The notes beneath the pieces were generated by a model. The model was given only the letters and a program-made list of their open reading frames with translations. It ran no database searches and was not told where the DNA came from. A stretch of DNA of 64,000 nt from NCBI GenBank assembly GCA_965215015.1, contig OZ244042.1:5664001-5728000 (forward strand), read 5' to 3'. Source of the stretch: Candidatus Poribacteria bacterium. GTDB lineage: Bacteria; Poribacteria; WGA-4E; PCPOR2b. The translations under genes were made by a program, and so were the position numbers. Below are positions 40,780-51,469 of the stretch, piece after piece. Within the stretch, counting starts at the first letter, position 1; the number at the start of each line of letters is the position of its first letter.

Positions 40780-41646
40780 ATGTCTCGCACTATTTTATTA
40801 TTCCTAGTTGGCATCTCATTAATTTATTTGTTCTCAATAGATGCGGATGCCAAAGTCCTCGGCTACTGGACGTTTGACGACCAAAAGAAGGTCGGGGAGG
40901 ATTTGTCAAACTTCGGTAACGATGGAGAGATAAAGGCAGGTGCTTGGACACGACAGGGAAAGGTCGGCGGTGCCTTGAACCTAACAGGTGGAGGAGACCA
41001 AGCACCGCACTATTTTGAGGTGCCCCATGACGATAGCCTGAATGTCAAGGACCAGGTGACCTTAATGTGTTGGATCAGTTTTAGTGGACCCGGGGAAGAA
41101 CAGAGTTTAATTTATAAAAATGGGCCCTTTATACTGGAAGGCGATAAGAAAGATCGAACGTTTTGGTCCTCTTACGCATTGGTCAAGTGGCGTGATAGAT
41201 GTGCCTGCGGCACTTTTGGGTTCGATGCGAACACAGAAGGTGGCCGATCGGCGGTGCTGCCTGGGGATCCACTAATTCCCGAAGCAAATGCTTGGCACCA
41301 CGTTGCCGCAGTGGCAGACGGCACCGAAATTAAAATCTACCGAGACGGTAAAGAGCGAGCAAAAGGGGCACAACGGGGTCCGTTTAAAAATTCCGAGCAG
41401 GTTTTGACAATTGGTTACGATCACCGCGTTCCGGTGGACCGTGTCGGTGGTGCGAGACGGCACCTGCGAGGCACCATAGATGAAGTGATGATTCTCGATG
41501 TGGCACTGACCCCGGACCAGGTTCAAGAGGCATTTAATCTCGGTGAAAAAGGGAAGTCCCTCACCGACATGGTAGAGATTTTTTCGGTCGAAGCCGAAGG
41601 TAAATTAGCCACGCAGTGGGGCGCGATTAAATCAAGAAGACAATAA
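40780..41646 (+). CDS. LamG/concanavalin-like secreted protein 1
   Basis: GYWTFD, EVPHDDSLN, WHHVAAV.DG, GTIDEV; tail motif. Confidence 0.9.
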   Translation: MSRTILLFLVGISLIYLFSIDADAKVLGYWTFDDQKKVGEDLSNFGNDGEIKAGAWTRQGKVGGALNLTGGGDQAPHYFEVPHDDSLNVKDQVTLMCWISFSGPGEEQSLIYKNGPFILEGDKKDRTFWSSYALVKWRDRCACGTFGFDANTEGGRSAVLPGDPLIPEANAWHHVAAVADGTEIKIYRDGKERAKGAQRGPFKNSEQVLTIGYDHRVPVDRVGGARRHLRGTIDEVMILDVALTPDQVQEAFNLGEKGKSLTDMVEIFSVEAEGKLATQWGAIKSRRQ

Positions 41647-41734
41647 ACGCCTTTCGCGCTGCACAAATATGATTCTATATCCACAATCTGTATTGTGATG
41701 GATAATGGATTTTTTGGCAAAAGGAGGGCTATTT

Positions 41735-42601
41735 ATGTCTCGCATCGTACTAATGTTTGTGGTTTTGTGCATCCATTTTCTCAGCGTGTTGCCTAGCGAC
41801 GTTGATGCTAAAGCTCTCGCTTACTGGACATTTGATGACAAAAATGAATTAGGAAAGGACTCCTCGGGCTTTGACAACCACGGCGAGCCGAAAAAGGCTG
41901 CTGTCCATAATCTGAAAGGGAAAGTCGGTGGTGCCTTGAGACTGGACGGCACCTCATGGCTTGAAGTTCCGCATGATGACAGCCTCAACGCCAAGGAGCA
42001 GATTACCCTAATGTGTTGGGTAAATTTTGATGCCGGTGCCTTAGGGGAATCGAGCGAGGTGTCCTTGATTTACAAGAATGGCCCCTTTATATTAGAAGGG
42101 GATCAGAAAGATCGGCGATTCTGGACCTCCTATTCATTGGCAAAGCTTCGTCCAAGAAAGAAATTGGGCAGCTTTATATTTGAAGCCCAAATGACCGAGG
42201 GGCGTGTGTTTACAGCCCCCGGGGATAAAGAGCACCCCGAAGCAAACGAGTGGTATCACATTGCGGCGACCGCTGATGGCACAAAGGTTCGACTGTATAC
42301 CAACGGAGTGGAAAAAACCGTTGCCGACCAGAGGGGGGAATTTAAGCCTTCGGAGCAAGTGTTAACACTTGGCTTTGATTTACGCATTCCGCCTGAACGC
42401 GATGGATCTAAGCCCTATCATTTTGGATTGCTCGATGAAGTGATTATTCTCGATAGGGCAATAACCCAAGCCCAAGTCAAAGAAGCGATAGAGTTAGGCG
42501 AAAAAGGGAAGTCGCTCGACAATTTTCAACTGCTCTTTGACGTTGCCCCCCAAGGCAAACTGGCTGTTAAATGGGGGGAACTTAAAGCAAGAAACAAGTG
42601 A
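41735..42601 (+). CDS. LamG-like secreted protein 2
   Basis: Same motifs; tail VAPQGKLAVKWGELK. Confidence 0.9.
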   Translation: MSRIVLMFVVLCIHFLSVLPSDVDAKALAYWTFDDKNELGKDSSGFDNHGEPKKAAVHNLKGKVGGALRLDGTSWLEVPHDDSLNAKEQITLMCWVNFDAGALGESSEVSLIYKNGPFILEGDQKDRRFWTSYSLAKLRPRKKLGSFIFEAQMTEGRVFTAPGDKEHPEANEWYHIAATADGTKVRLYTNGVEKTVADQRGEFKPSEQVLTLGFDLRIPPERDGSKPYHFGLLDEVIILDRAITQAQVKEAIELGEKGKSLDNFQLLFDVAPQGKLAVKWGELKARNK

Positions 42602-42688
42602 AACGGACCAATAACACAATTTGATACCATCTATCTCCCTCGAGCAAAGATGGGCAGATAGATTGTTTCGATGAAAGGAGTGTTATCA

Positions 42689-43549
42689 ATGTCTCGACGA
42701 TTAATCGTTTTGAGCTGTGCCATCATTTACTGTCTCTGCTTCCCCCTGATGGCTGTTGATGCCAAGGTACTCGGCTATTGGGCTTTCAATAGCAAAAATG
42801 AACTTGGCGAGGATTCGGGTCCATTCCGCAACGATGGAGAGGTGAAAGGAGAAGGAACTGCCGAATGGATTGCAAAAGGCAAGGTGGGGGGCGGATTGAA
42901 GCTAAGTAACGGGTGGCTTGAAGTCCCTCACGATGATAGTCTCAACGTGAAGGACCAGATTACGCTGATGTGTTGGGTTCAATTTAGTGGCGATGGCGAT
43001 CCATTTGGCGGCACAGGCCGGGATCAGTCCCTCGTTTGGAAGAATGGTCCATTTGCCACAAACAGGCGGTTTTGGACCTCTTATGCCTTGCGGGTATGGC
43101 GCAGGCATACCAACTTTGGTAGCTTCGGGTTTGATGCCAACTTGACAGAGGGTCGGAGTGCAACAGCAGATCCGGACTTTCCTGACCCAGGGGATGCGGA
43201 CAAAACGTGGTATCACATTGCGGGTGTCGCCGATGGGACAGACATCCGGATTTATACTAACGGAAAACTGAAGCAAGCTGTCATACAACGAGGGGAATTT
43301 CAAGCAACAGATCTTCCCTTAACGATTGGCTACGATTTACGCCACGGTTTGCTAGCCGGGCGTGAGTTTTTCTTGGGAATTATTGATGAAGTGGTGGTGG
43401 TTGATAAGGCACTGACCGAGGCGCAGATTAATGGAGCGATGGAGTTGGGTAAAAACGGGAAGTCGCTTGAAGGGTACAATCCTGTCTTCGCTGTTGAACT
43501 CGAAGGTAAATTAGCCACCCAATGGGGTGAGATTAAAGAGACGAAGTAA
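42689..43549 (+). CDS. LamG-like secreted protein 3
   Basis: Same motifs; tail VELEGKLATQWGEIK. Confidence 0.9.
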   Translation: MSRRLIVLSCAIIYCLCFPLMAVDAKVLGYWAFNSKNELGEDSGPFRNDGEVKGEGTAEWIAKGKVGGGLKLSNGWLEVPHDDSLNVKDQITLMCWVQFSGDGDPFGGTGRDQSLVWKNGPFATNRRFWTSYALRVWRRHTNFGSFGFDANLTEGRSATADPDFPDPGDADKTWYHIAGVADGTDIRIYTNGKLKQAVIQRGEFQATDLPLTIGYDLRHGLLAGREFFLGIIDEVVVVDKALTEAQINGAMELGKNGKSLEGYNPVFAVELEGKLATQWGEIKETK

Positions 43550-43623
43550 GGGTTGTCTGTGTCTAAAACCAAACACACGCGTTCGTTACCTAAATTGACT
43601 TTAAGATGAAAGGAGAATGTCCA

Positions 43624-44481
43624 ATGTTTCGTGTCGTTTTAAGTGCTGGGATTTTGCTAATCTGCCTTTTGTGTTGTTCGACGATGAGTGCTGACGCGAA
43701 AGTCCGCGGTTATTGGGCTTTCAACAGCAAAAACGAACTTGGCGAGGATTCCTCTCCAAACCGCAACGATGGAGAAATAAAGGGCGACGGTTCAGGGGAG
43801 TGGATTGCAAAAGGCAAGGTCGGGGGCGGGTTGAATCTAAATAATGCTTGGCTTGAAGTCCCTCATGATGACAGTCTTAACCTGAAGGATCAGGCAACCC
43901 TTATGTGTTGGGTCAAATTTGCCAACCCCGGCGATTTTGCTGCTGGCGGTGGTCGGGAGCAGTCCTTGATTTGGAAGTATGGACCTTTTGAAACCAACAA
44001 GCAATTTTGGGCATCTTATGCCTTGCGCGTGTGGCGTCCCAAATCGAACTTCGGTAGCTTTGGATTTGACGCTAATATGACGGAGGGACGCAGCGCGGCA
44101 GTCGATCCAAAATTTCCTGAACAAGGCGACATAGAGAAAACATGGTATCACATCGCAGCGGTCGCTGATGGTACGGAAATCCGAGTCTATACCAACGGTA
44201 AAGAGGTGGGAAAGGGAGCTCAAAGGGGTGAGTTTCAGGCTTCCGACCTCCCTCTAACGATTGGCCACGACTTACGTCCCATATTAGTACATCATGCTTT
44301 TGTGAACGGTATCATGGATGAGGTTGTGGTCGCTGACAAGGCACTGACCGCTGCCGAAATCAACACAGCAATGGAATTGGGCGAAAAGGGGAAGTCAATT
44401 GAGGGATTCAATCCCATCTTTGCTGTTGAACCCGAGGACAAATTAGCCACCCAATGGGGCGCGATTAAAGAGACAAGGTAA
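43624..44481 (+). CDS. LamG-like secreted protein 4
   Basis: Same motifs; tail VEPEDKLATQWGAIK. Confidence 0.9.
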   Translation: MFRVVLSAGILLICLLCCSTMSADAKVRGYWAFNSKNELGEDSSPNRNDGEIKGDGSGEWIAKGKVGGGLNLNNAWLEVPHDDSLNLKDQATLMCWVKFANPGDFAAGGGREQSLIWKYGPFETNKQFWASYALRVWRPKSNFGSFGFDANMTEGRSAAVDPKFPEQGDIEKTWYHIAAVADGTEIRVYTNGKEVGKGAQRGEFQASDLPLTIGHDLRPILVHHAFVNGIMDEVVVADKALTAAEINTAMELGEKGKSIEGFNPIFAVEPEDKLATQWGAIKETR

Positions 44482-44554
44482 CGGTTGTCTATGTCTACCC
44501 CCGTGAGGTACGCTCGTTGCCCAATCCGGCTTTGAGATGAAAGGAAAATTTTTA

Positions 44555-45409
44555 ATGTTTCGTGCCGTTTTAGGTATTTGGATTTTGTTAATCTGCCTTT
44601 TGTGGTGTTTGACGATGAGTGCTGACGCGAAAGTCCGCGGTTACTGGGCTTTCAATAGCAAAAAAGATATTGGCAAGGATTCGTCTCCAAATCGCAATCA
44701 TGGAGAACTAAAAGGTGAAGGTTCAGCGGAATGGATTGCAAGGGGCAAAGTTGGGGGCGGGATAAAATTTGATGGCAACTCTTGGCTTGAAGTGCCTCAC
44801 GATGATAGCCTCAACGTGAAGGATCAGATTACTCTGATGTGTTGGGCAAAATTTGGCAATCCCGGCGATTTTACAGGTGATGGTCGGGAGCAGTCCTTGA
44901 TTTGGAAGTATGGACCCTTTGAAACTAACAAGCGATTTTGGGCATCTTACGCTTTGCGCATATGGCGTCCCAAATCGAAATTCGGTAGTTTTGGATTTGA
45001 TGCCAATATGACGGAGGGACGCAGTGCAGTCGTTGATCCAAAATTTCCTGAAGTAGCTGACTTGGAAAAAAACTGGTATCACATTGCAGCGGTCGCTGAT
45101 GGTACGGAAATCCGAGTCTATACCAACGGTAAAGAAACAGCAAAAGGGCTCCAAAAGGGCGAGTTTCAGGCTTCCGACCTCCCTCTAACGATTGGCCATG
45201 ACTTGCGCCCCATATTAATACATTTTGCTTTTATGAACGGTATCATGGATGAGGTTGTGGTCGCTGACAAAGCACTGACCGCTGCCGAAATCAACACAGC
45301 AATGGAATTGGGCGAAGACGGCAAGTCAATTGAGGGATTCAATCCTATCTTTGCTGTTGAACCCGAGGACAAATTAGCCACCCAATGGGGCGCGATTAAA
45401 GCTTGGTAG
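44555..45409 (+). CDS. LamG-like secreted protein 5
   Basis: Closest to protein 4; 3' part nearly identical. Confidence 0.9.
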   Translation: MFRAVLGIWILLICLLWCLTMSADAKVRGYWAFNSKKDIGKDSSPNRNHGELKGEGSAEWIARGKVGGGIKFDGNSWLEVPHDDSLNVKDQITLMCWAKFGNPGDFTGDGREQSLIWKYGPFETNKRFWASYALRIWRPKSKFGSFGFDANMTEGRSAVVDPKFPEVADLEKNWYHIAAVADGTEIRVYTNGKETAKGLQKGEFQASDLPLTIGHDLRPILIHFAFMNGIMDEVVVADKALTAAEINTAMELGEDGKSIEGFNPIFAVEPEDKLATQWGAIKAW

Positions 45410-45527
45410 GGGTGGGGTCCCCCCTGCAGTGTTGTCCGGGGCGGTTGTTCCCTGATTCGCCGCGAGGTTCGGCAAACTCCCGGCATTCTCACGAACTCTA
45501 TCGCGACTACAGATAGGAGGGTAATCA

Positions 45528-46403
45528 ATGTTTCGTATTATGTTAGTTTTTGGCGTGCTGTTAATCTATCTTTTCTGCTGCTCCTTGACTAACACTGATG
45601 CCAAACTCCTCGGTTATTGGACTTTTGATGATAAAAATAAATTGGGCGAGGATTCCTCTCCAAACCGCAATCATGGAGAAACGAAAACGTTCGTCGGTGA
45701 AGTAAAATGGACGGACGAAGGCAAGGTGCGGGGAGGGATGCAACTACCGAATGGTCAAGAAACTTGGCTTGAGGTCCCTCATCATGAAAGCTTGAATGTG
45801 AAGACGGGGCAAATCACCATGATGTGTTGGGTCAAATTTACAGATCCCGGTGCTTTTACAGGTTTTGGTGAGGATGGCTCCTTGATTTGGAAAAATGCCC
45901 CTTTTGCGGAAAACAAGCGATTCTGGACCTCGTATGCCTTGCGGCTGTATCGCCCTGGGATTAATCGGGGGTCCTTCTCGTTTGATGCCAATATGACGGA
46001 AGCACGATCAGCGGCAATCGATCCAGATTTTCCGCTCGTTGTGGATGAATGGTATCACGTTGCAGGGACTGCTGATGGCACAATGGTTAGAATCTACACC
46101 AACGGAAAAGAGAAAGCCGTTGGTGATCAGCGGGGAGTATTCCAACCTTCTGATAATCCTTTGACAATCGGGTTCGATCTACGCGATCCGGACGAACCTG
46201 TTGCTCGCCACTTTCTGGGATTTGTTCGGGGTATCATGGATGAGGTGGTGATTTTAGACCAGGCGCTGACCGCAGGTCAAATCAAAGAAGCAATGGATTT
46301 GGGCGAAAACGGAAAGTCGCTTGAGGGCTTCCAGCCTGTCTTCGGAGTCGAACCTCAAGGCAAGTTAGCCATTAAATGGGGCGAGATTAAAAGGGTAAGG
46401 TAA
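45528..46403 (+). CDS. LamG-like secreted protein 6
   Basis: Same motifs; tail VEPQGKLAIKWGEIK. Confidence 0.9.
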   Translation: MFRIMLVFGVLLIYLFCCSLTNTDAKLLGYWTFDDKNKLGEDSSPNRNHGETKTFVGEVKWTDEGKVRGGMQLPNGQETWLEVPHHESLNVKTGQITMMCWVKFTDPGAFTGFGEDGSLIWKNAPFAENKRFWTSYALRLYRPGINRGSFSFDANMTEARSAAIDPDFPLVVDEWYHVAGTADGTMVRIYTNGKEKAVGDQRGVFQPSDNPLTIGFDLRDPDEPVARHFLGFVRGIMDEVVILDQALTAGQIKEAMDLGENGKSLEGFQPVFGVEPQGKLAIKWGEIKRVR

Positions 46404-46467
46404 TTTAATCTTTGTTAGGATTTCAACACCGTAATGCGGTTAATTCGACTAACAGGAGGTACGATCA

Positions 46468-47322
46468 ATGTCTCGACGATTTATCATTTTTGGGGGAGTG
46501 CTCATCTGTCTTCTCGGTTCTTTTCTAATGGAGATTGATGCCAAGCTCCTCGGTTATTGGACATTTGATGTCAAAGCAAATGCACAGAGAGATTCTTCTC
46601 CAAATAACAACCATGGTGAATTCAAAGGGGGTGCCGCATGGACACCAAAGGGACAGGTCGCCGGCGGCGTTGTGCTTGATGAGGGAGCAGATTCCTACTT
46701 TGAGGTGCCTCATGACAACAGTCTCAATGCAGATGATCAGATAACGTTGATGTGTTGGGTCAGATTTACGGCAAACCATTTTGGCAGAGATCAGTCCTTG
46801 GTTTGGAAAAATGCGCCTTTCGCTGAGACGAACAAGCGGTTTTGGGCTTCCTATTCACTGCGGACGTTTCGTGAAGGGTTCAAGCTGGGGGGGTTCGCAT
46901 TTGATGCCAATACGGCAGACGGACGAACGGCCGCGGTAGATCCAGATTTTCTCGAAGTGAATAAGTGGTATCATGTCGCTGCAGTCGCCGATGGCAAGGA
47001 GGTCAGAGTTTATACCGACGCGAAAGAAAAAGTCGTTCAGGCACAGAGAGGGGCGTTTCAACCAACTGAATTCCCGTTGACTATTGGCTTTGATTTGCGG
47101 GACCCGGGAGCCGGCAAAGTCCGCCGGGATCAGTTGGGATATGTTCAGGGCATCATGGATGAAGTGGTGGTTCTCAGCCACGCCCTGACCCCTGCTCAGG
47201 TCAGAGAAGCCAAAGAGCTAGGAGACAGGGGAAAATCACTCGACAAATATGCTCCAGTCGCTGCGGTCGAACCTGCCGGCAAGATAGCCGTTAAATGGGC
47301 AGAGATTAAAGCGCGAAGATGA
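46468..47322 (+). CDS. LamG-like secreted protein 7
   Basis: Same motifs; tail VEPAGKIAVKWAEIK. Confidence 0.9.
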   Translation: MSRRFIIFGGVLICLLGSFLMEIDAKLLGYWTFDVKANAQRDSSPNNNHGEFKGGAAWTPKGQVAGGVVLDEGADSYFEVPHDNSLNADDQITLMCWVRFTANHFGRDQSLVWKNAPFAETNKRFWASYSLRTFREGFKLGGFAFDANTADGRTAAVDPDFLEVNKWYHVAAVADGKEVRVYTDAKEKVVQAQRGAFQPTEFPLTIGFDLRDPGAGKVRRDQLGYVQGIMDEVVVLSHALTPAQVREAKELGDRGKSLDKYAPVAAVEPAGKIAVKWAEIKARR

Positions 47323-47476
47323 ACTTTGTCTGCTACTTTTTTGCCTTCTGACGTATGTCGCAAAACAAGTGAGCGTAATCGGGGCTAGATTGTTGTGACG
47401 TAGAAATTCCTTGACAAGCCAACCGCGTTCGATGTAGACTGTAGCAGTTGTTATTAATAGAGTGGCAAAAGAATTC

Positions 47477-47521
47477 GCCGGGATGTTGGAATTGGTAGAC
47501 AAACTAAATTCAGAATATAGT
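47477..47521 (+). pseudogene. Degenerate 5' half of tRNA-Leu (att-like duplicate)
   Basis: 41/45 identical to 49162-49206; no T-arm or 3' acceptor strand; preceded by TTGACA-18-TAGACT. Confidence 0.88.
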
Positions 47522-47701
47522 TTGACGCATACCTTTTTCAAAATGTGAGTGAATCCAGTCATTTGGAATAGTGGCTGTGATTTGCTAAAGATGAACGACT
47601 GGTGTCTCAGGTGAATCATCGCTATTTCAATTATAGTCTCGTCTCGATTTTGAATCGGGATCAGAGCGTCTAAAATCTGTTTTTTTCCGAAGAAGGAAAA
47701 C

Positions 47702-49080
47702 ATGAGACGCGAATTTTTCAACAGCCGCTTTTTAATTATCTTGGGAGGACTTCTGGTTATTGGCGGGTATTACCTGTTCCAGCGAGAAAGGAATCCAGAA
47801 GGTCCTCCTCCTAAACAGTTTCAGTCCCCGATTGAGGACAAGCACTCATCCAGTCAAAGCCTGTCCCAGATTGTGAATGGGACAGAGAAGCGAGAGCCCC
47901 CTGCTCGGATTAAATCTGTTCACTCCCATCAGCCATTTTCCGTAGATTCTTCAGATGTAGACACTTTACGTATTCCCCCTTCAAAGCTAGAACGGATAGA
48001 TGCGCTATATGCGAGTCTGCCCTATGCCCAGGCTAAAGAGAAAGCGGTTGAGGTTCTAACAGAGGGGATGGACACGCTCAGTGCGGCCAAGCATCTGAAA
48101 GACCTGAACAAGTATGGTCTCGTAGTCGGTTTGTCTGATTACGTCCGCGAACATGCAGACAGAGCCCTGGCCGAGAATCCTGGCTCCTTTGAGGCACTGC
48201 TCCTCTGGACTCAACTCCGCCCTCCCGAACAGGCTGCCGAAAGGGAAGCTGGTTTTCGGAAATTACTCCGGATGAATCCCAATTCGGTTGAGGCGTTAGT
48301 TGGATTAGGCACCCGGCTTGCTTTTGAGGGCAGACCTGAAGAAGCACTGGGACCCCTCGAAAAAGCAAGCCGGCTTGACCCAGGGAGGCCCCCATCCATA
48401 TTAGGATTAACTTATGAACTACTTGGCCAATATGATAAGGCATTAGTTGCCCTCAAACAATCGTATAAAATGACACGCTCACCGGTAGAACTAGCTCATA
48501 TTCGAGCTATCGAAGCCGGGGACCCTCTCTGGAAGCCGCAAAGGTGTGAGTCTTTTGGACAACCCCCGGAGTCATCTTCTCCTGAAACGTCCTCTGAATC
48601 TCCACCCCAAGAAGATGTCCTTCCCATTCCCGATACGCCTTCGGGTTTGATTTGAAAGGTGAAACAGGCTTTGATGACCAGCTAAGGGACATCACGCCGC
48701 CACGCGAAGACAGAGGCGTAACCGCAGCAGAACAACAAGCCATCGAGGAGCTAATTCAGATTATTGAAGAATACGAAGCGTCGTTAAGCAGCCCGTCAGT
48801 TCCATCCGCTGCCGTTGAGGGACGGATAACGGATTTGGAGCGTTCTATTGAATCCCGACCCAATCGGGCGGAGAGTTATCTAAAGTTGGAGCGGGCTTAC
48901 CAAGAAGCGGGCGAGGATAAGAAAGCCGCCGAAGTGTACCGCCGGGCAAGGGAGCGTTTCCCGGAATCGGAGCGGGTGCGGCGGAAATTGGAGGCATTCC
49001 GGAATGAGCGTGAGCGTCCAAGGGAACGCAATGATGAGGATGATTCATATTCTGATGAAGCCGAAGAGGCGGAGCAATAA
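47702..49080 (+). pseudogene. Membrane-anchored TPR protein split by a 5-bp duplication
   Basis: ORFs 47702-48655 and 48652-49080 together match paralog 62095-63402; tttgatttga at 48646-48655. Confidence 0.8.
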
Positions 49081-49161
49081 ACCTATCCCTCGACTATCCG
49101 GGAGTGGTAAAAGTTCATCGGTTTAACTGTAGCAGTTGTTAAACCGGCGGCAAAAGAATTC

Positions 49162-49247
49162 GCCGGGATGTTGGAATTGGTAGACAAGCTAGATTCAGGA
49201 TCTAGTGGGCTCTTTCGCCCGTAGGGGTTCAAATCCCCTTCCCGGCA
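49162..49247 (+). tRNA. tRNA-Leu(CAG)
   Basis: Acceptor gccggga/tcccggc-a, anticodon arm ctaga-ttCAGga-tctag, long variable arm, T-arm agggg-ttcaaat-cccct; CCA not encoded. Confidence 0.96.
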
Positions 49248-49256
49248 TTCATTACC

Positions 49257-49293
49257 AAAAGCGACGCCCATATTATGTGGCGTCGCTTTTTTT
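49257..49293. terminator. Bidirectional intrinsic terminator
   Basis: aaaagcgacgcc...ggcgtcgcttttttt between the tRNA and the convergent gene. Confidence 0.85.
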
Positions 49294-49310
49294 ATTTAAC
49301 CCCTTCTCTT

Positions 49311-51155
49311 TCATCGAATCACCGCGAACTTCCCGCTTACCGAATTTTTTCCCCTTTGATCCTTCCTCAAAGATTCAATATGATAAATGTAGATACCGGC
49401 GGAAATTTGGTTTCCTTCCCCATTCCGTCCATCCCAACGTTGGATGGAAGTGTTGTTGCGATGGTCAATCTGTTTGATGAGATCGCCGGTACTGTTATAG
49501 ATTCGGATTGTTGCGCGGTGGGGCAGATTGCGGAACTCCATTGGATGCGTACCCCCATTCAGGCGGTATGGATTCGGGACAAAGATCACTTTATCTAGGT
49601 TTGGTTCGGGAGAGGCGATGGGTTCTTCAGGAATGGTGATATCTACGATTTGGGAGAGTTGACTCTCGCCACCGGAGGAGTTTATCGCAGTGATTGCGTA
49701 GAAATACTGCCAACCCGGATAAACATCCTGATCAACAAAAGTGGAAGCCCCCGGTGGAACCGAGGCAATCTGTGTCCACGGATCGCGGCCGGTGTGATTA
49801 CGATAAATAAGATAGCGGTTGATATCGCGTGTAGATTTTGTCCAACCGAGGATAATCTGGTCTCCGTTGCGTGTCGCTGCTAAGCCTACTGGCGTATCTG
49901 GGGCACTACCTGGTGTAATACGGACTTCTGAGGAGTCAAATTCGAGTGGCTGTCCACTGGTATGGACTGGACGAATTTTGTAGGTGTACTCCACACCGGT
50001 TTGAATCTCTCCGTCGTCAAAGGTAGTTTCTTTGATAATTTGCCCAATCTGCCGAAACTGACTCTCATCACTTGCACGCCTCAAGATGGTATAGCCTTCC
50101 ACACTTGGATTGATTGGTTCCTTCCATTTCAACCGGACAGCTCCTCTCACAATTTCTGCGGTCAATCGTTGCGGGGCAAAGGTAACGGCTCTCGCTGCAT
50201 TGATATTCTTTTGAAGGTCTGCCAAGTCCTCGCCGGCGACAAGAGCAAAGGTAACAGCGATAAACTGTTTGGCTGATATGTCATAAGGCCCTGCTGAGAT
50301 AATGGACGCATAGTCCCACGGTAGGAGGTCAAGAACCTCTAAATCGTTCTGACTCGCAGCAAAAACATTTGGATTGGTCATGAAAACGGATCGGCTTTCA
50401 TCTAAAAAAAGGTTCGCGGTCGGTTGTCCTTCGGGTCCGTAAAACGGGAAGATTTGATGGGTGCTTAACTTTCCATCTAGTAGGGTGAGACCGGTATGCA
50501 CCGGATTGAGTCCATCGGTATCATCCCCATCGTAGGTAAATAACGTTTGATGTGCTTCATCCCAATCTACCCAATCACGGCTTAATTCTCCAGCTGCTAA
50601 ATCTGTTCCATCAACATCCCAATTTGTCATTGTTGCAACATAGATTCCCTCAAGTCTTTCATTGCTATCGTTTTTGATAACCAACTTCATCACAATGAAA
50701 TCGTCTGCATCGGGATGGTTGTTAGTACTCCAAGAAAAGCTCTGCTGGTCAACCGAAATATTGATCGGAAAATCGATGGTCCCGATGGAATCGTATCCTG
50801 TGGTAATCGTCTGTTGTTCATCAGGATCTATTCTTTCGGTGTGCATTGATGTGGCCCCCCACTCCCCATCTCCGAGTCTCGGTTCAGCGGGGTCTATATC
50901 CCACGTACTTGCCACATTTCCATTCGCATCACCGACCCAAATCTCCGACAACTGGTGTAGATAGTAGGTATCTCCAGATTTGGGAAATCTAAAGTTGGCA
51001 TGGAGCCCATCTTCTCCGACTGCGCTAAGTGAACCAGAGCCGATTATTTGGAACTCAACATTTCCTGATATATGTACTTGAGCAGAACCAATATTGGGGT
51101 TGATTAGGCTAATGAAAAGGCAAATCACACCTAAAAGGGCCTTCTGAATTTTCAT
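49311..51155 (-). CDS. Secreted protein with two FN3 domains and a T9SS type-A/FlgD-Ig-like C-terminal domain
   Basis: Signal peptide; LKW...GY.I.R FN3 pattern twice; VPNPY...IRIYN..G.LIK...WDGRN..G....GIYIY...GKFAVIR. Confidence 0.82.
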   Translation of the reverse strand: MKIQKALLGVICLFISLINPNIGSAQVHISGNVEFQIIGSGSLSAVGEDGLHANFRFPKSGDTYYLHQLSEIWVGDANGNVASTWDIDPAEPRLGDGEWGATSMHTERIDPDEQQTITTGYDSIGTIDFPINISVDQQSFSWSTNNHPDADDFIVMKLVIKNDSNERLEGIYVATMTNWDVDGTDLAAGELSRDWVDWDEAHQTLFTYDGDDTDGLNPVHTGLTLLDGKLSTHQIFPFYGPEGQPTANLFLDESRSVFMTNPNVFAASQNDLEVLDLLPWDYASIISAGPYDISAKQFIAVTFALVAGEDLADLQKNINAARAVTFAPQRLTAEIVRGAVRLKWKEPINPSVEGYTILRRASDESQFRQIGQIIKETTFDDGEIQTGVEYTYKIRPVHTSGQPLEFDSSEVRITPGSAPDTPVGLAATRNGDQIILGWTKSTRDINRYLIYRNHTGRDPWTQIASVPPGASTFVDQDVYPGWQYFYAITAINSSGGESQLSQIVDITIPEEPIASPEPNLDKVIFVPNPYRLNGGTHPMEFRNLPHRATIRIYNSTGDLIKQIDHRNNTSIQRWDGRNGEGNQISAGIYIYHIESLRKDQRGKNSVSGKFAVIR

Positions 51156-51469
51156 TTTTTTCCCTAACTTTGATGGCATTTTTAACAAATAGGACTGGCG
51201 CAGTTGAGTGTATCGTAACACCATTCAACCCGCGTCCCGATAGACCATAAATCGCCCCACCGGGTATTTAGCAGGAGGAGGGCACGCGAAGCGGGTCTAC
51301 TACTTTGGGATGTAGCCGCCCGATGAATCGCCGAGGATACCCGGACTGTAGCGCAATAGAATACCAGATACTATGGGGCGATAAAAGAGCAGACACTGTC
51401 GCGTCACACGATTGGCCCAATCGGCCCGGATTGAGGGTTTAACTGCGTAAGTCCTAAAATTATTGGAAT

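Noticed and set aside
47477-47521. Second functional tRNA-Leu
   Set aside because: Anticodon stem mismatched and the 3' half is absent.
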